Shown here: positions 61,844 to 64,000 of the stretch, one piece after another | How positions within the stretch are numbered: position 1 is the stretch's first letter | Layout of the letters: every line of letters starts with the position of its first letter | Source of the DNA: Phoronis australis | Taxonomy: Eukaryota; Animalia; Phoronida | Direction of reading: 5' to 3' | Length of the DNA stretch: 64,000 nucleotides | Assembly: GCA_002633005.1 (NCBI GenBank) | Contig: NMRA01000031.1 | Location: 272,888-336,887 of the forward strand | Made by a program: the position numbers and the translations under genes | Notes under the pieces: model-generated | Told to the model about the DNA's origin: nothing | What the model saw: the letters and a program-made list of their open reading frames with translations, nothing else | The model's database searches: none

Positions 61844-64000
61844 TTTTCCAGTACTAGGGACCTCTGGTGGTGGACTAAGTAACTAATTTAAGGGGAACTA
61901 AAGGTTATTTCAAGTCCGTGTTGTTCTTGAAAAGATAAAACATTAGCACATGTACTTGTCCCCGGACAGAAATGGAGGAAGAATAATACAACAGTTTGAG
62001 AGAACTATATACAGATAAACATACACGAGAAACAAATGCAAAACTTGACTAAGACGTTACAATCCTACAATAGCCGCACTGACTCATTCATGACACTCGG
62101 CCGCCACGGAGAGCAAGAATGGGTCTAGGACCAGCGCACTGACGGGTAGCTGGGTTTCAACAGTGGATTCGATGAACTAGAGCTAGTCGCTGATCAGCTC
62201 AGCTATGATTCATTTGAGACTGGCAGCTTAGCTCGTGCCTATACCTGTGCACTGACTCTAAGGTCAGATTCGTTTTATTATGATCAAGTTCATTCTGGAA
62301 AACTTCATTTTATCATGGCCATTCTTCGAAGGAATTTTTTGGAAAGGTGAGGTCCCGAGGTCCCTGGTTGAGTGACTTTGAGGCCGTTTCAAAATCCCGT
62401 TATGAAACAGCCGGTAGTCCACTTTCTTGTGTGGCTGGAGGAAATGATACAGCTAGTATGTTCCAACAATGTACACACTTCAACGCCTTGAGTTCAAATT
62501 CAGCTCCCGTGCATCACTGAGATTCTGCGCAGGCCCACTGTATATGTACACCTTATTTTTATAGTGGTGCGTCAAACATGACTTGCTCCGTGTGGGTAAT
62601 ATGCACAAGAATGGAAAGTAAATGATTCAGTTTTGAAGAAAATTCCAGCGTAATACTAGGCCTATTGGAAACTAACAAAATCAAAGAAGTGCAAAGAGAA
62701 CCTTTACAAGTTGATGAGCTATATGTTTAATTTTATTACTTTTAAGAAGTTTAAAAACTTCTTCGATCTACAGTTTGTGAAAGTAAACTCACTAATCTAT
62801 TTCCTAAGTCAATAAGTAGTTTATTGTCATTTGAATTGTGAGAAAATCTTAGAACGACTTTGTAGAGCTGTCCGACATTCATAAATATCTTTGAGACTTC
62901 TTTCAGATAGACAAATCAAATAGTTTAGTGTGCTTTTACATTTGGGGACCTGATGATAGATCGAATTTTTCCAGTGTCTGCTTGCAACTCAAATTCCTTG
63001 AAACATTGTCATTTCTTACAAGTTTAGCTTCTAGTGTAAAAAAATCACCAGTCAATCAGCTCATTTTCCTAGATACATAAACGTGTAATTCAGAAACCAA
63101 CAATCGAATCCATGAGCAATAAGTTTACTTTGATTTAATGACTTAATTCCTTTTTGATCCCTGTTAGTGAGTTTAAACGACAAATCTTGTACCGAAGTCA
63201 AAAGGCAATGCATTTATTGTCATTTAAATTGTGAGTAGATTTTTGTGAATTATCCAAATTTCATCAATATCTTTGAGAGTTATTTTTGATAGGCAAGAAG
63301 CGTCCAAGTGCACTTTTACTATTTGGGGATCAGATTATAGAGTTTTTTCCATATTCAGGCTTCAACTAAATTCATTGAAACATCATCAAAAACTATTTAT
63401 TAACCTGTCGGTTTTCATGGATACACAAACATGTAAATCAGAAATCAACGAATTTGTTTATCAAAACGGTATGTTATAAGCAATTTCCGCAGGCATGATC
63501 GCAGATTTTTGACGGGTAACCCGGGAACATGGGAGATGGGGCATTCACATTAAGGTGTATTTTTGCTCATTTCCGAGGTACCTATGACGGTTCACGAGTT
63601 TAACTTGAACTCCAAAATACGGCTGAAATAGTTTTTTTATTGCGAGTATTTTGCATACCCGTCCGACATGTACAATGTCATCACAAATCGTAGCCTCCAA
63701 TCTTTTCGACATTCGTTAATCTATTACAAGCAGTTCCTAGTAACGACCATCAAAAGAAATACTATTATCGTGATACTATTGGAAAAATATGACATTATTC
63801 ATAACTAACCATCGGAAGTAGCATTTTTTGTGTAATGCACAAATAGTGATCTTCACGTTCTTCAAAATTCCAAGTTTTTGATAGTGGTCGATCCTATTGT
63901 ATTTTTCACATTTTTGGTTGTTTGGGTCGAATGTTTTGATATTGCTGTGCTGTGCACGGTTGTTCTGGGTTTTTGATGAATTTGGAATCTCAGCTTCCCT

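Overview
AT-rich eukaryotic (metazoan, probably marine-invertebrate; taxon not determinable from sequence alone) genomic window from a draft assembly with four single-N gaps (2955, 32260, 45557, 54670). It is not prokaryotic and contains no CRISPR array. Three protein-coding loci were reconstructed by hand from splice signals and reading-frame phase. (1) The 5' part of an SLC4A1-3/AE2-like anion exchanger on the minus strand: 7 coding exons from 13635 down to the window edge, with a probable non-coding first exon near 20.2 kb. (2) A complete 8-exon TPGS1 gene on the plus strand (34996-45514, 259 aa); its exons 4-8 recur immediately after an N gap with only synonymous differences, most likely as an uncollapsed second haplotype. 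(3) An intronless ASPSCR1/TUG gene (60155-61843, minus) with a degenerate tandem pseudo-copy at about 53.1-54.0 kb. Intergenic and intronic DNA is dense in DNA transposons: a Helentron/HINE-type element carrying a higher-order array of about 12-14 co-oriented CTCF-consensus motifs, a TTAA Kolobok-type element with THAP and putative KolX remnants, a decayed hAT element with nested MITEs, Harbinger and CR1/L2 remnants, many MITEs, tRNA-derived SINE heads and minisatellites. All family assignments rest on recognition of motifs by eye; no database search was run.
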